Below are positions 40,324 through 51,700 of a DNA stretch of 64,000 nt, one piece after another (within the stretch, counting starts at the first letter, position 1; the number at the start of each line of letters is the position of its first letter). The position numbers and the translations under genes are program-made. This DNA is from Chiloscyllium plagiosum (lineage: Eukaryota): assembly GCF_004010195.1 (NCBI RefSeq), contig NC_057718.1:16952268-17016267 (forward strand), given 5' to 3'. Under the pieces are notes generated by a model. That model was not told where the DNA came from, ran no database searches, and saw only the letters and a list, made by a program, of their open reading frames with translations.

Positions 40324-41214
40324 ACTAAATCTGGTGAGCTTTGTAAAATAAGGTGATAGATGTTCCCAAGCATCGCGATGTGAAACCCTTCAGAAAACTT
40401 GACACTAAGCGAAAGAAATTAAGTTTCAGCCCTTGATCTATCAAGGCACATTTCATTTTAGGATCGGACTTATGCAGCGGTACCATTGGATGGAATCTGA
40501 AGACTGGCTAGAATGTAGTGCAGCCAGTGTGTGTAGATGCCAATCAAGAGTAATCAGTTGAAGATTCTGATGAATTGCACTGCACAGTACCATATAACAG
40601 GTCAAAATCTATGTAGACTGTGCTATCGTTTGTATTAGGCTAACTTATTTTTGATGGTTCGCCCTTCACCCAGTTTTTCCCATAGGCTTCATGATTTTCT
40701 ATAACATGGCATTGCACAGGAATGCAACTATGGCGTTGTAGGAGCACTACCTTTTAATCAGCATATTAAAATGTGCACAGTAAATACATTGCAAAATTCT
40801 TTCATCAAATTGATTATTTAATGTTGAAAATGTCTTTAGGATCTTTATCTATTGTTGGAAATATCATACTCCTAGTTGAATACGTCCAAGTGTAATGAAG
40901 AAATAAAGAAGGTGGTGACCTTGTTTTTTCATCATGTGGAAGTATTTATAGGATGTGTTCTGCAAAAACCCTTGTTACAAGTTAAGGCAGTAAAACTCAC
41001 TGATAAAATGCTAGTGGTGATGAGGAAACAAAAATATTTTGCACAGTTTAAAACATTAAATGAAATTCTGAACTAACCATTCTGTTCAGAGATGGTTTAT
41101 GTGGGGTTAGGGAAGACTTAGTTGTGATCATAAGTAAATGAGAGCGATAGGGAAAGTATGTATTTTCTACTGTACACAAAATCACTGGTGATATTTTAAA
41201 CTTGCTGCTTGCAG

Positions 41215-41308
41215 GATTTTGTTCAAAAATGAAGACAGAAATTGGGAAGAAATTGAAAACAAAATGCGATCGGAGAGTGAAGTTCCTATTCTGAAAACAT
41301 CAAATAAG
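41215..41308 (+). CDS. CEP170: CEP170 exon ([31 protein letters not shown]), 94 nt
   Basis: Acceptor ttgcAG, phase 2; donor AAG|GTGAGA, phase 0; CEP170 C-terminal domain motif. Confidence 0.95.
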
Positions 41309-42719
41309 GTGAGAAAGAAGCAGCAACACTCTGTACGTGATAGTTGCTTCCTTGTTAGTTTTACACTTTATAATCTTCTATCTAACAGGATAGTTGAAAA
41401 TACTACTGGCACCTTGCTGAGTTGCACAAATTGTGGACAGTTTTTTTTGAATTGTCACCTTGGAAATATTATAGGTCAAGTGAACACCCTTTATTGTTGG
41501 TGAAACAAGTTTAATACTAGAAATTGGTATTTGTATACCTACTTTCCTGGCATTTATAGGACAATAAGTGGAGTAGTTTGTTGGTGCATTTTGTCGCCCA
41601 TTTGTGCAAATGTTGATCCCACCCCTAAGCTGTAAATTAAGGACCTAATGCCTGTTGAAGGTTCACGTCAAGAAATTAGTTAATGGCAACTTGGATTAGA
41701 GCTCTTAACTCCATATGCTTTCATGGCAGCTCTTCTTTACTTCTGCTGAGCCTGCCTGAGGGTCGCTACCAGTGAAACATGTGGCCCTGCAATGTGATGT
41801 TTGTAAGAAGTAGTCGGTGGAGGTGTGATCAGCTCCAGCAGTTTCGTCAACAGTAATATTGAGGCCTGAGATCCAACTCTCAGTAATCCTGTGGCCTCTA
41901 GATATGATTGTGAACTTCATTTCTGCCCTTTGTTTGCTGCTTTACAGAAGTCAGAACTGTTCTTTTTGCATTCTTCAGCTTGATTATATGTTGCTTCTTT
42001 ATACAGTTGGGCAGCTTAATTTCAAGTTCAGTTAGAAGAAACTGCATCTAATCAGCACAGAATGCACTTTTTAGTTTTTAGTTGAAAGCAATTATTTTGT
42101 ACAGTATAACTTTGACTCACCACTAAAAGATTGTGTGGCTTTGACTCCCATAGCTACTTGTTAATTTGATTTCTTCGCCTTGGTCAGATGAATTTGTCAG
42201 TTGTAGCACAGGTTCTGTCATTTGCAGTGTGGGCAATAAAGGTTTTCTTTCTAAGAATATGCATGATTTGCCCTTAAATTCTTATAGACTATTCCATATA
42301 TTAATAAAAAAATGGATTGTAATCCTATCAAATAGTAGAGTGCATTCCTTCTGTAATTGATGTTTTGATTTCAGGCAAGAAGATACAATTTTTCAGTAAA
42401 TGTTTCAAGACTTCAAAACCAAATAATTGTTGAGAAACAAACAATAGCACAGAGTTGCTTTTGATTCTGGTTCTTTGCTTTTCTTTTTCATTCTCACTCT
42501 CCCACTCTTATCTGTTTTCCCTAATTCTTACCACCTTCTCTTCTGTATTATACATCTCTATCTCGATCTCCTAGTTCTTCCTCCCTTTCACCTCCACAAT
42601 ATCCCACCACAGCCCAACCAAAGCTTTGCACTTCTCTTTCTTCCTTCCTCTTCACTGTTATGTCTTGGGATACTGATGGCTACAAGCTGTGAAAATAGCA
42701 AAGGTGAAGGGAGAGAATA

Positions 42720-45240
42720 GAAGGAGAAGTAGACCATTCAGCCTGCATCATTCAGTACAGTCATGCCTGATCTTGCACTTCGATGCCTTTTTTGCACACT
42801 ATCACCTTATCATTGATATTTAGAAATCTTTTAATCTTTACTTTGGAGAGCCTACACAGCCCCTTTGGTAGATAATTCCAAAGATGCACAACTCTATGTT
42901 AAGCCACAAAAGAAATTCTCTCATTATACCTTCATCTAAGTGAATTCCTGGTAGTTTGAAATTGCCCTCTTGTTCTAGCCTCCCCAGCCAGCGGAAACAT
43001 CTTTCCTCCATCTATCTGTCCCTTTTGTACTTTGGTAGGTTTCAATAAGAGTATCTCTCATTCTTCAAAACTGTAGATAATACAAGCCTAATTTTTCTTC
43101 ACAGTACAGCCTGGTGAATCTTTGTTGCATTCCCTGTTAGGCCATAATATCTCTCTTTCCTCAAGTAAAGGTACAAAACTGCACATAGCAAGTGGGGGTT
43201 CCATACAATTGAAGCAAAATTTTGTTACTCCTGCTCTTGAACTTCCTTGTGATTAAAAGCTGATATACTGTTCACCTTTGTAAATGTTTGGATGTTGGCC
43301 TGCAGAGACTTATCGATAAGGATACTCTGATCCCTTTGTACATCTACATTTTCTAACTTGCTATTTAAGAAATACTCTACATGTCTATTAGTCCCACCAA
43401 AGTAGGATAAGCTTGCATTTTTCCATGTTATATTGAAACTATGTTATATTGTGGGCGGCACGGTGGCACAGTGCTGCCTCACAGCGCCAGAGACCCAGGT
43501 TCAATTCCCGCCTCAGGCGACTGACTGTGTGGAGTTTGCACGTTCTCCCCGTGTCTGCGTGGGTTTCCTCCGGGTGCTCCGGTTTCCTCCCACAGTCCAA
43601 AGATGTGCAGGTCAGGTGAATTGGCCATGCTAAATTGCCCGTAGTGTTAGGTAAGGGGTAAATGTAGGGGTATGGGTGGGTTGCGCTTCGGCGGGTCGGT
43701 GTGGACTTGTTGGGCCGAAGGGCCTGTTTCCACACTGTAAATAATCTAATCTAATCTATCGTGATCTCGCCCACTTTGAGTCTATCCAATTTCTCTTGTA
43801 CCTGCTTTGCATCATCTTCAAACCACACATTCCCACCATGCTTTGTATTATCCTTGAACTTGGGAATATTACATTTGGTCCCCATCTCCAAATCACGGGC
43901 TTGTTGTGAACAGCAAGCAATAATCCTTGAAGTGCACTGCCAATGCATGAATGTTCTGGTTATTCCCACTTTGTTATCTGCTTGTTAACTAATGTTTAAT
44001 CCATGTCAGTACATTACCACCTACCACGTAAAGAAAAAATAGCAAAACTTGTGAATGATACATACTGGTCCAACTTGACATGTATACTTCAATCTGAAAT
44101 TCTAGTATGACCAAGTACATTCCCTTCCAAATATTTTTCCCTCCAGATGAGCTTTAATTTTGCTAAGCGACCTTCTGTCAGAGACTTTAATCAAAAGTCT
44201 TCTGAAAGTCCATGTATTCTACATCCATCAACTACCCTTTATCAATCCTGATAAGTTATACTTTTTCAATATGCAAAAACATTCACACTGCTGTGCTTAA
44301 GTGTATATGCCCTATTAGACACAAATGTGTTTGGATGAAATCATACAGCAGAGGGGTAATGAAGGCAATTGAACTATGATTCTGTCTAATTCAGGAATTC
44401 ATACCTTTGTCGAAATGTATAGAATGACGAATACAACTCGTCATGTCTGTCACACCTGTTTGAAAGATCTATTCATTACCTACTTTCACCCCATTGCCCT
44501 TTTGGAGTATTCCTTTTAAAATTTACGATTTGTGGTTTCCATTGCCTTTTAGTTCACCGTAATCCACGTACTATCAAAATTGTTGTAGTTAAAAAGACAC
44601 ATCAAATGCAAAAGAAGAAAATTTGTCTATGGAAGTAGAATGCAAATATGAAAAGAATGCACATATTTCAAACCAAACTGTGTTTAAAAAAAACATGCTT
44701 TATCAAAGTTTTTCATCTTGCACTCCTCCGAACAATTCACAAGAAATAACAGGATTGAGGAAATGCCTCCAATACTTGTATATCTGCCCTTATATAGAAC
44801 CAAAGCAGTTCACAGTATTTTAGGTATGGTCTGACTATGTCTTGTATAGTTTTAGTAAGACCTTCCCATTCTTATATTTCATTCCCTTTGAATTAATGTC
44901 TAATAATATACTTGCCTTTTCTCTATTACCTGCTGAACTTGAATGCTAGCTTTATGATTTATGCACAAGGACCCCCAAAGTCTACATTATATTCTATTTG
45001 CCAAGTTTTTGTTCAGTGACTGAACCTGTCTTGTCCATATCCCTCTGTTGACTCATTGTGTTATCTTCCCAACTATTTTTGTATCATCTGTAAGAATGGT
45101 GATAATACCTTCAGTTTCCTTCTCCAAATCATTATATTGTAATTATAATACAATCCCTGTGGCACTCCACTACTTTCAAATTACTATCCTAAAAATACCC
45201 CCTTATCCCAACTCTGTCCTCTGTTAGTTATCCAGGCAAA
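42720..45240 (-). mobile_element. Old, fragmented CR1 LINE pieces
   Basis: Reverse-complement CR1 3' end at 42720; KFKDNTKHGG (decayed KFADDTKLGG); atccctgtggcactccact at about 45155. Confidence 0.6.
43453..43755 (+). repeat. HE1-type V-SINE
   Basis: V-domain and (AATCT)n tail as at 38493-38815; CpG-rich, so probably young. Confidence 0.92.
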
Positions 45241-47005
45241 TATGCTATCCCAACAAATATTTGCATGTGCACAAACGTGATGGGTGTGATTATCTTTTCT
45301 CCCCTTTTTTTTATAACCATATTACACTTTGATATGTCACATTTCTGAGATAAGGTTCAATTGATTTTGTTTTTAAACTCATGCATGCTGTACAGTATAT
45401 GTGTACAAAATCTTGACTGTTAGGAGTTGAAAAATCTGAATGTTCACACAGCTGCCCCACATGTCTTGAGGATTTGCAGCTTTTTATTTTTTAGTTTAGA
45501 TAAGGTTCTAGACAAAAGTTGTAATCCAGAATAAGGTAAAGTTGCTATAGTCTTACCAGACCATAGACCATTAGAGAGATGACTGGAGGTGGTTTAACCT
45601 AAAGGTCACCACAGCTCAGGAAAGGGATGAGCTTGAAAAGGTAAGTCATTCTTAGTGATTTCTGCCAGTGCAAGTATTGAACCCACACTGTTGGTGTCAC
45701 TCTGTATTGAAAGAGACAAAAAGCACTGCAGATGTTGGAATCCAAAATAGACTGACAAGGGTCTGGAAGAACACAGCAAACCAGGCAGCTTCAGGAGGTG
45801 GAGAAGTCAACGTTTCGGGTGGAAAGCCTTCTGCTTTCCTCTGGATATTGGGTGGGATACTTTATATCCACCTTAGAAGTTAGACAGGTCCTCTTACATC
45901 TGAGCAAAAAGACTGCAGTGCAGTAATAGTGCAGTACTCCACAGAAGCATAAACCCACACGATGTGTACAAATCTCTTGTGTAGAGCTTGAATCTACAGT
46001 TTAATGATTCCACAACAAAAATAAGCTAGAGCTGAAAGTGAATTGATTGTAACATATGTTTTCAGGTAGAGTTATACACTACAATCTATCATAATGTACA
46101 CTATACAATAATATGGTTGAATGGTTCATTGTTTGGATGTGGGAATTTAATAAAATGATGTTAGTGGTTAAATAATAAATTTGTCATCTGAAAGACAAAG
46201 TGCCTAATATTGGGATCCCATGAAAAACTGTCTGAAAATTCTTTGCTCTTCCAATTGATTTATTTACAGTTATCTTATTAGTAAAGACTAATCCAGGAAT
46301 TTTGGTATTTACACTAGATATGAAGCTTTTTGAAAATTGTAATTTGTTTAACTTGTATATACATTTATAAAGATAAATTATAAAAGGTTTATTGATGGTG
46401 ATAATTGATAATCTGTCTATCAAACCATCTCTCTGCATGAGGTTGGTTACCCGAGGACTCTAAATCTCTTAACACACTTGATGAGTGAATGCGATCTATA
46501 TTCGGCTGAAAAGTTTGGTCAGCCTCTTCCACAAGCAAGGATAAATTGAGAGCTGGAACACCTACTTTTGTTTGTTTCTAATGAGTTAAAGGTTGGTGGT
46601 TAACTGTAGCTAAGAGGCTTGTATGGATGTTCAAGCCTCTTGAACCACGTTGCAAAACGTTTCCTTTTGCCCTGAGTACTCTGACTTTTCTTTACATTTG
46701 TGTGGATGTAGTCTGAATTTGAGTGAACTGTTTCTACCAGGAAGGTGGAGGTTTACCTTTTCCCCAGCCTTTAGTAGATCCATTCACTTTGTTCTTTGCA
46801 CAACCTGTTTTGTAGAGCACTGTGTTACCTCGATGTTAAGCTGAATGTTGCCTACTCATTGATAGACAAGCGCATTGGACTCTGCACCATAACATGCAGA
46901 GCATCCATCCCATCAAGTCTGCTCCACTCTTTGATGCACTCTGGATTAATTTGATAATTCTCAGATTATATTTTCTATAACTTTCCTTCCTTTCCCTCAA
47001 GCCTG

Positions 47006-48770
47006 ATCCACAAGACTGACTGCCCCGGCTGGCCTATCATCTCGGCCTGCTCCTGCCCCACCGAACTCATCTCCACGTACCTCGATACTGTCCTATTCCT
47101 GGTCCAGGAACTCCCCACGTAGGTTCGTGAATCCACCCATGCCCTCCACCTCCTCCAAGACTTTTGTTTCCCTGGCCCCTAATGCCTCACCTTCACCATG
47201 GACATCCAGTCCCTATACACCTCCATCCGCCATGACCAGAGCCACCAAGCCCTCTGTTTCTTCCCCTCTCAACCTCCCCACCAGTCCCTTTCCACTGACA
47301 CACTAATTCGTCTGGCTAAACTGGTCCTTCCCCTCAATAATTTCTCCTTTTGAATCGTCCTACTTCCTACTGGTGAAAGGGGTAGCCATGGGCATTGACA
47401 TGGGCGCCAGCTATGCCTGTCTCTTTGTCGGTCATGTGCACAGTCCATCTGCCGCAGTTACAGTGGCACCATTCTTCACCTTTTCCTCCGCCACATTAAT
47501 GACTGCATCAGTGCTCCAACGAGGAGGTTGAACAGTTCATCAACTTCACCAACACGTTTCACCCCGACTTTAAATTCACTTGGACCATCTCAGACACCTC
47601 CCTCCCTTTCTTGGACACATCCAACTCCATCAATGGGTACCGACTCAACACTGACACCTTCTACAAACCCACCGACTCCCACAACTACCTGGACTACACC
47701 TCCTCCCACCCTGCCTCCTGTAAAAATGCTATTCCTTATCAGGAGGACCAATTCCACCACAGAACACACGAGATGGTCTTCTTTAAAGACCCCAATTTCC
47801 CCTCCCACATGGTTGATGATGCCGTCCAGCGCATCTCATCCACTTCCCCCACCTCTGCCCTCGAACCCCATTCCTCCAAACGCAACAAAGACAGAACCCC
47901 CTTGTCCTCACCTTCCACCTCTCCAACCTCCATATACATTGCAACATCCTCCACCATTTCCGCCACCTACAAAAGGACCCCACCATCAGAGATATGTTAC
48001 CCTCCCCACCTCTCTCTGATTTCTGTAAAGACCGTTCCCTCCACGACACTCTCGTCAGGTCCATGCCCCCACCAACCCACCCACCCCTCCTGCCACCTTC
48101 CCCTGCCACCACAGGAATTGCAAAATCTGCACCCACACCTTGCCCCTCACCTCCATCAAAGGCCTCAAAGGAGCCTTCCACACCCATCTAAGTTTCACCT
48201 GCACATCCACACATGTCACTTACAGTATCTGTTGCTCCCGATGCGGTTTTCTCTATATTGGGGAGACAGGACGCCTACTCATACCGCTTCAGAGAACACC
48301 TGCACCAACCAATCCTACCACCCTGCGGTCGAACACTTCAACTCCCCCTCCCAATCTGCTGAGGACATGCAGGTTCTGGACGGCTTCCATCGCCACTCCA
48401 TAATCACCCAACACCTGGAGGAAGAATGCCTCATCATATCCTCCAACCCCATGGCATCAATGTGGATTTCACCTGTGTCCTCAATTCCCCCACCACCACC
48501 ACCCAGATCCAGCCTTCCAACTCGGCACTGCTCTCAAGACCTGTCCATCTTCCTTCCAGCCGATCGCTCCACCCTCCCCTCCAACCTATCACCTTTACCC
48601 CCACTTCCATCAACCTATCGCACTCGCAGCAACCTTACCCCTAGTCCCACCCCTCTCCCATTTCTCTCTCTACCCCTTAGGCTCCCAGCTTCATTCCTGA
48701 TGAAGGGGTTTTGCCGATTCTCCTGCTCCTCGGATGCAGCCTGACCTGCTGTGCTTTTCCAGCACCACAC
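47006..48770 (+). mobile_element. Penelope-like retroelement, 5'-truncated and decayed (RT, GIY-YIG endonuclease, 3' terminal repeat)
   Basis: IHK.DCP..PIISAC, FTMDIQSLYTSI, GVAMG..MGASYACLFVG, LPFLD, YKPTDSHNYLDYTSSHP and FTCTS..V.YSICCSRCGFLYIGETGR. Confidence 0.92.
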
Positions 48771-48780
48771 TTGCGACATT

Positions 48781-51700
48781 AAATTTCGACCTGTTGTAAC
48801 TGACCTGTTGTATGGTACTGTGCAGTGCAATTCATCAGAATCTTCAACTGATTACTCTCAATTGGCATCTATGCCTGCTGGCTGTACTACATTCTAGCCA
48901 GTCTTCTGATTCCATCCAATGGTAATGCTGCACAACTCAGATCCCAGAATGAAACCTGCCTCGATAGATCAAGGCCTGAATCTTGATTTCTTTCGCTTAG
49001 TGTCAGTTTTATCAAGTTTTTCTGAGGGTTTCACATCGTGATGCTTGGGGACATCTATCATCATTATTTTATAAACCTCACTGACTTATTACCTACCCCA
49101 CCCTTTGCTGTCTGTCTCTCACATTCTAGCACCATCATACCATTTGCCATTCCCAAAACAACTCATCATTTGCTGCATATCCCAGAATTGACTAACATCT
49201 TTGCCGCAGCACCATCTTTATAAAGAAAGTCTGCCCCCAGCCAAGAGCTATCAGCCTTGTGTGGTTCCTGATATTGACCCTGTTCTTGGCAGACAATGGA
49301 AAATTGGTGCCTCTTTTTGTGGGCAGGAACGTGGAGATGCTACTGATGGGGATGGGGTGATGCAGGGCAGGATGTCCTTTTCTCCCAGGCCAACAGAAGA
49401 TGCCATTCTACTGAAACTATGCCAATCTGGACCAGAGTTACCATCTAAGCTAATATAGTCTCAACCATCTAAAAGAATGCACAGAATGTTGGAAGAAGAT
49501 CAATGATCTTCTCCACTCTGCCATTGAAAGATGCCACCATCTTCTCATTGATACCTCACATTCGCTTTCTGCTACTTGTACCCACCATTTCCTGCAACCT
49601 CTTCCCCACTCACTCTCATCCTCGCTAACATCTGACCCTGATTAACCCTGAATCTCTTCTGCAGAGCCTACTCAACGCCTCAGGACATCTCCACACATGT
49701 ATCAAAAGTAATAGTGTGCCACCCATTTTTCTCTCCTTTCCCCACAATCTGCAGAGTTTTCTGACTCTGACCACCCTGAGCAGCTGACTGACCACGTCCA
49801 AACTGCTGTACTTGTATTTTTTTGCAGTTGGTTACCATTGTGATTAGTCACTGACACAAATTCACATGAGTCTCCAGATATTCTTTTAAGCTCTGCGTAT
49901 ATTTTTTAAATGAAAAGAAAGAAAAGCAGCTCTTAATACAAACAACAAAACCAAGTTTCAACTGCTCCTCAACACTTGTTCTTTTCCTTTGTCAATTCCA
50001 GTGAAATTTCACTCTTAACTCAACTCAAGTTGTTAAATTAACAGATTGTTTCCAGCTTCTTGTCCTCACGCTGTACCAACATTTTCATGATGCTTTTTCA
50101 AGTCAACTAGTACAAATATTTCACAATTAAGGATTCTGGGTAATCAAAGATGGAGGACAGGAAACATTTCTGGCTGTAACAGGCTGCCCCTTTTGTTTTT
50201 AGGTGTTGGAGGTGATTTCTTCAAATTCCAGGAGCAGCAATTACTGTTTTATATGCTGCTGCATTGTTTTGGAACTTTAGATAAGACAAAAGTCAAAACA
50301 ACAGACAAAGGTAGCACATGGTGAGGTCAGTGCAAAAGAGAGAGAGGAAAAGAAACTCACACTGCTAACTGACACAGCGGTGAACCTACGCAGTTACTGT
50401 CTTTGCTGTTTGAATTCATGTATCACTGGACATCGGAGTGTGTCTGGGAAAATTAACAACCAGTGAAATATACAACTAATCTTGGAGGAACCTGTTTGGG
50501 AGAAGGCACAGCATAGAAACAGCTAAGTGAATATTTTTAAGTGTGGTCTACAGAAAGTTTACAGTAGTGAGTAGAGTCAGTTCTTTCTTGATTATGTTTT
50601 ATTGAGATATGTCTCTTGATTGAACTTAAAAATATAGGCCATAAGTATTAAGTTAGCCTGGATCAGTGTTTTGTAGAGGAATAAAACAGTGCTATTTTCT
50701 GGGTCTGTAGATTAGAAGAAGCAAAAATGGCCTTGAGTAGAGTGATATGCTCCTCTTGTCGTATGTGGAAGTTTAAAGAAAGTTTGTTACTGTGAATTAT
50801 ATGTGTAATAAATGCCGTTGGTTGTGAATCCTATCCGATCAAATGGATTGGTTGGAGAGAGAGTTAGAATTTACAAGAGCAAGGGGATGTGATGGATGGC
50901 AGTTATAAGAAGGGAAAAATGTTGCAGATACAGTCGCATAGATGAATTTTCTCTAGGAAAGGTAAGAGAGTTAGGCAGGTAGTGCAGGAGTCTTCTGTGG
51001 CTATCCCCATTAGGCTGTTTTGGAAAATGTAGGGGGTGATAGATTCTCAGGGGAATGTAGCACGAACAACCAAGTTTCTGGTATTGAGACTGGCTCTAAT
51101 GCAATGAGGGCTAAGTCGGGTTCCAAGAGATCGATTGTTAGGGGGCTCTTTAGTCCGAAGCACAGACAGACGTTTCTGTGGCCAGCAGCGAAAAATCAGA
51201 TTGGTGTGTTGCCTCCCTGGTGCCAGGTTCAAGGATGTCTCAGAGAGGGTGCTCTCAAGGGGGAGAGGGACTAGCATGAGGTCATGTCCACATTGGAACC
51301 AATGACATAGGAAGGGAAAAGGAGGAGATTCTGAAGGGAGAATATAGAGTTAGGTAGGAATTTAAAAAGGAGATCCTCGAAAGTAGCAATATCTGGATTA
51401 CTCCTGATGGTGTGAATTAGTGACGGCAGGAATAGAAGGATAGAGCAGATGAATACATGGCTGAGGAGCTGGTGTATGGCAGAAGGGTTCACATTTTTGG
51501 ATCAGTGGAGTCTCTCTTCTGGGGTAGAAGTGACCTGTACAAGAAGGATGGATTGCACCTGAATTTGAAGGGGGACTAAGATACTGGCAGGGAAATTTGC
51601 TAGAGCTGCTCAGGAGGATTTAAACTACTAAGGTGTGGGGGAGGGGGGAATGGGACCCAGGGAGATAGTGAGGAAAGCGATCAATCTGAGACTGGTACAG

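Larger units (their letters stand above)
36184..40753 (+). mobile_element. Non-autonomous Tigger/pogo-like DNA transposon, copy A, interrupted by a Rex1 LINE and a fold-back insertion
   Basis: Left end TA|CAGGTGTTCTCC and right end GGAGCACTACCT (reverse complement AGGTAGTGCTCC). Body 38924-40610 is antisense-homologous to copy B. Confidence 0.55.

Noticed and set aside
47611..48744. 377-aa ORF as a functional protein
   Set aside because: Only the start is in the Penelope RT frame; the rest is out-of-frame Pro/His-rich sequence from a decayed element
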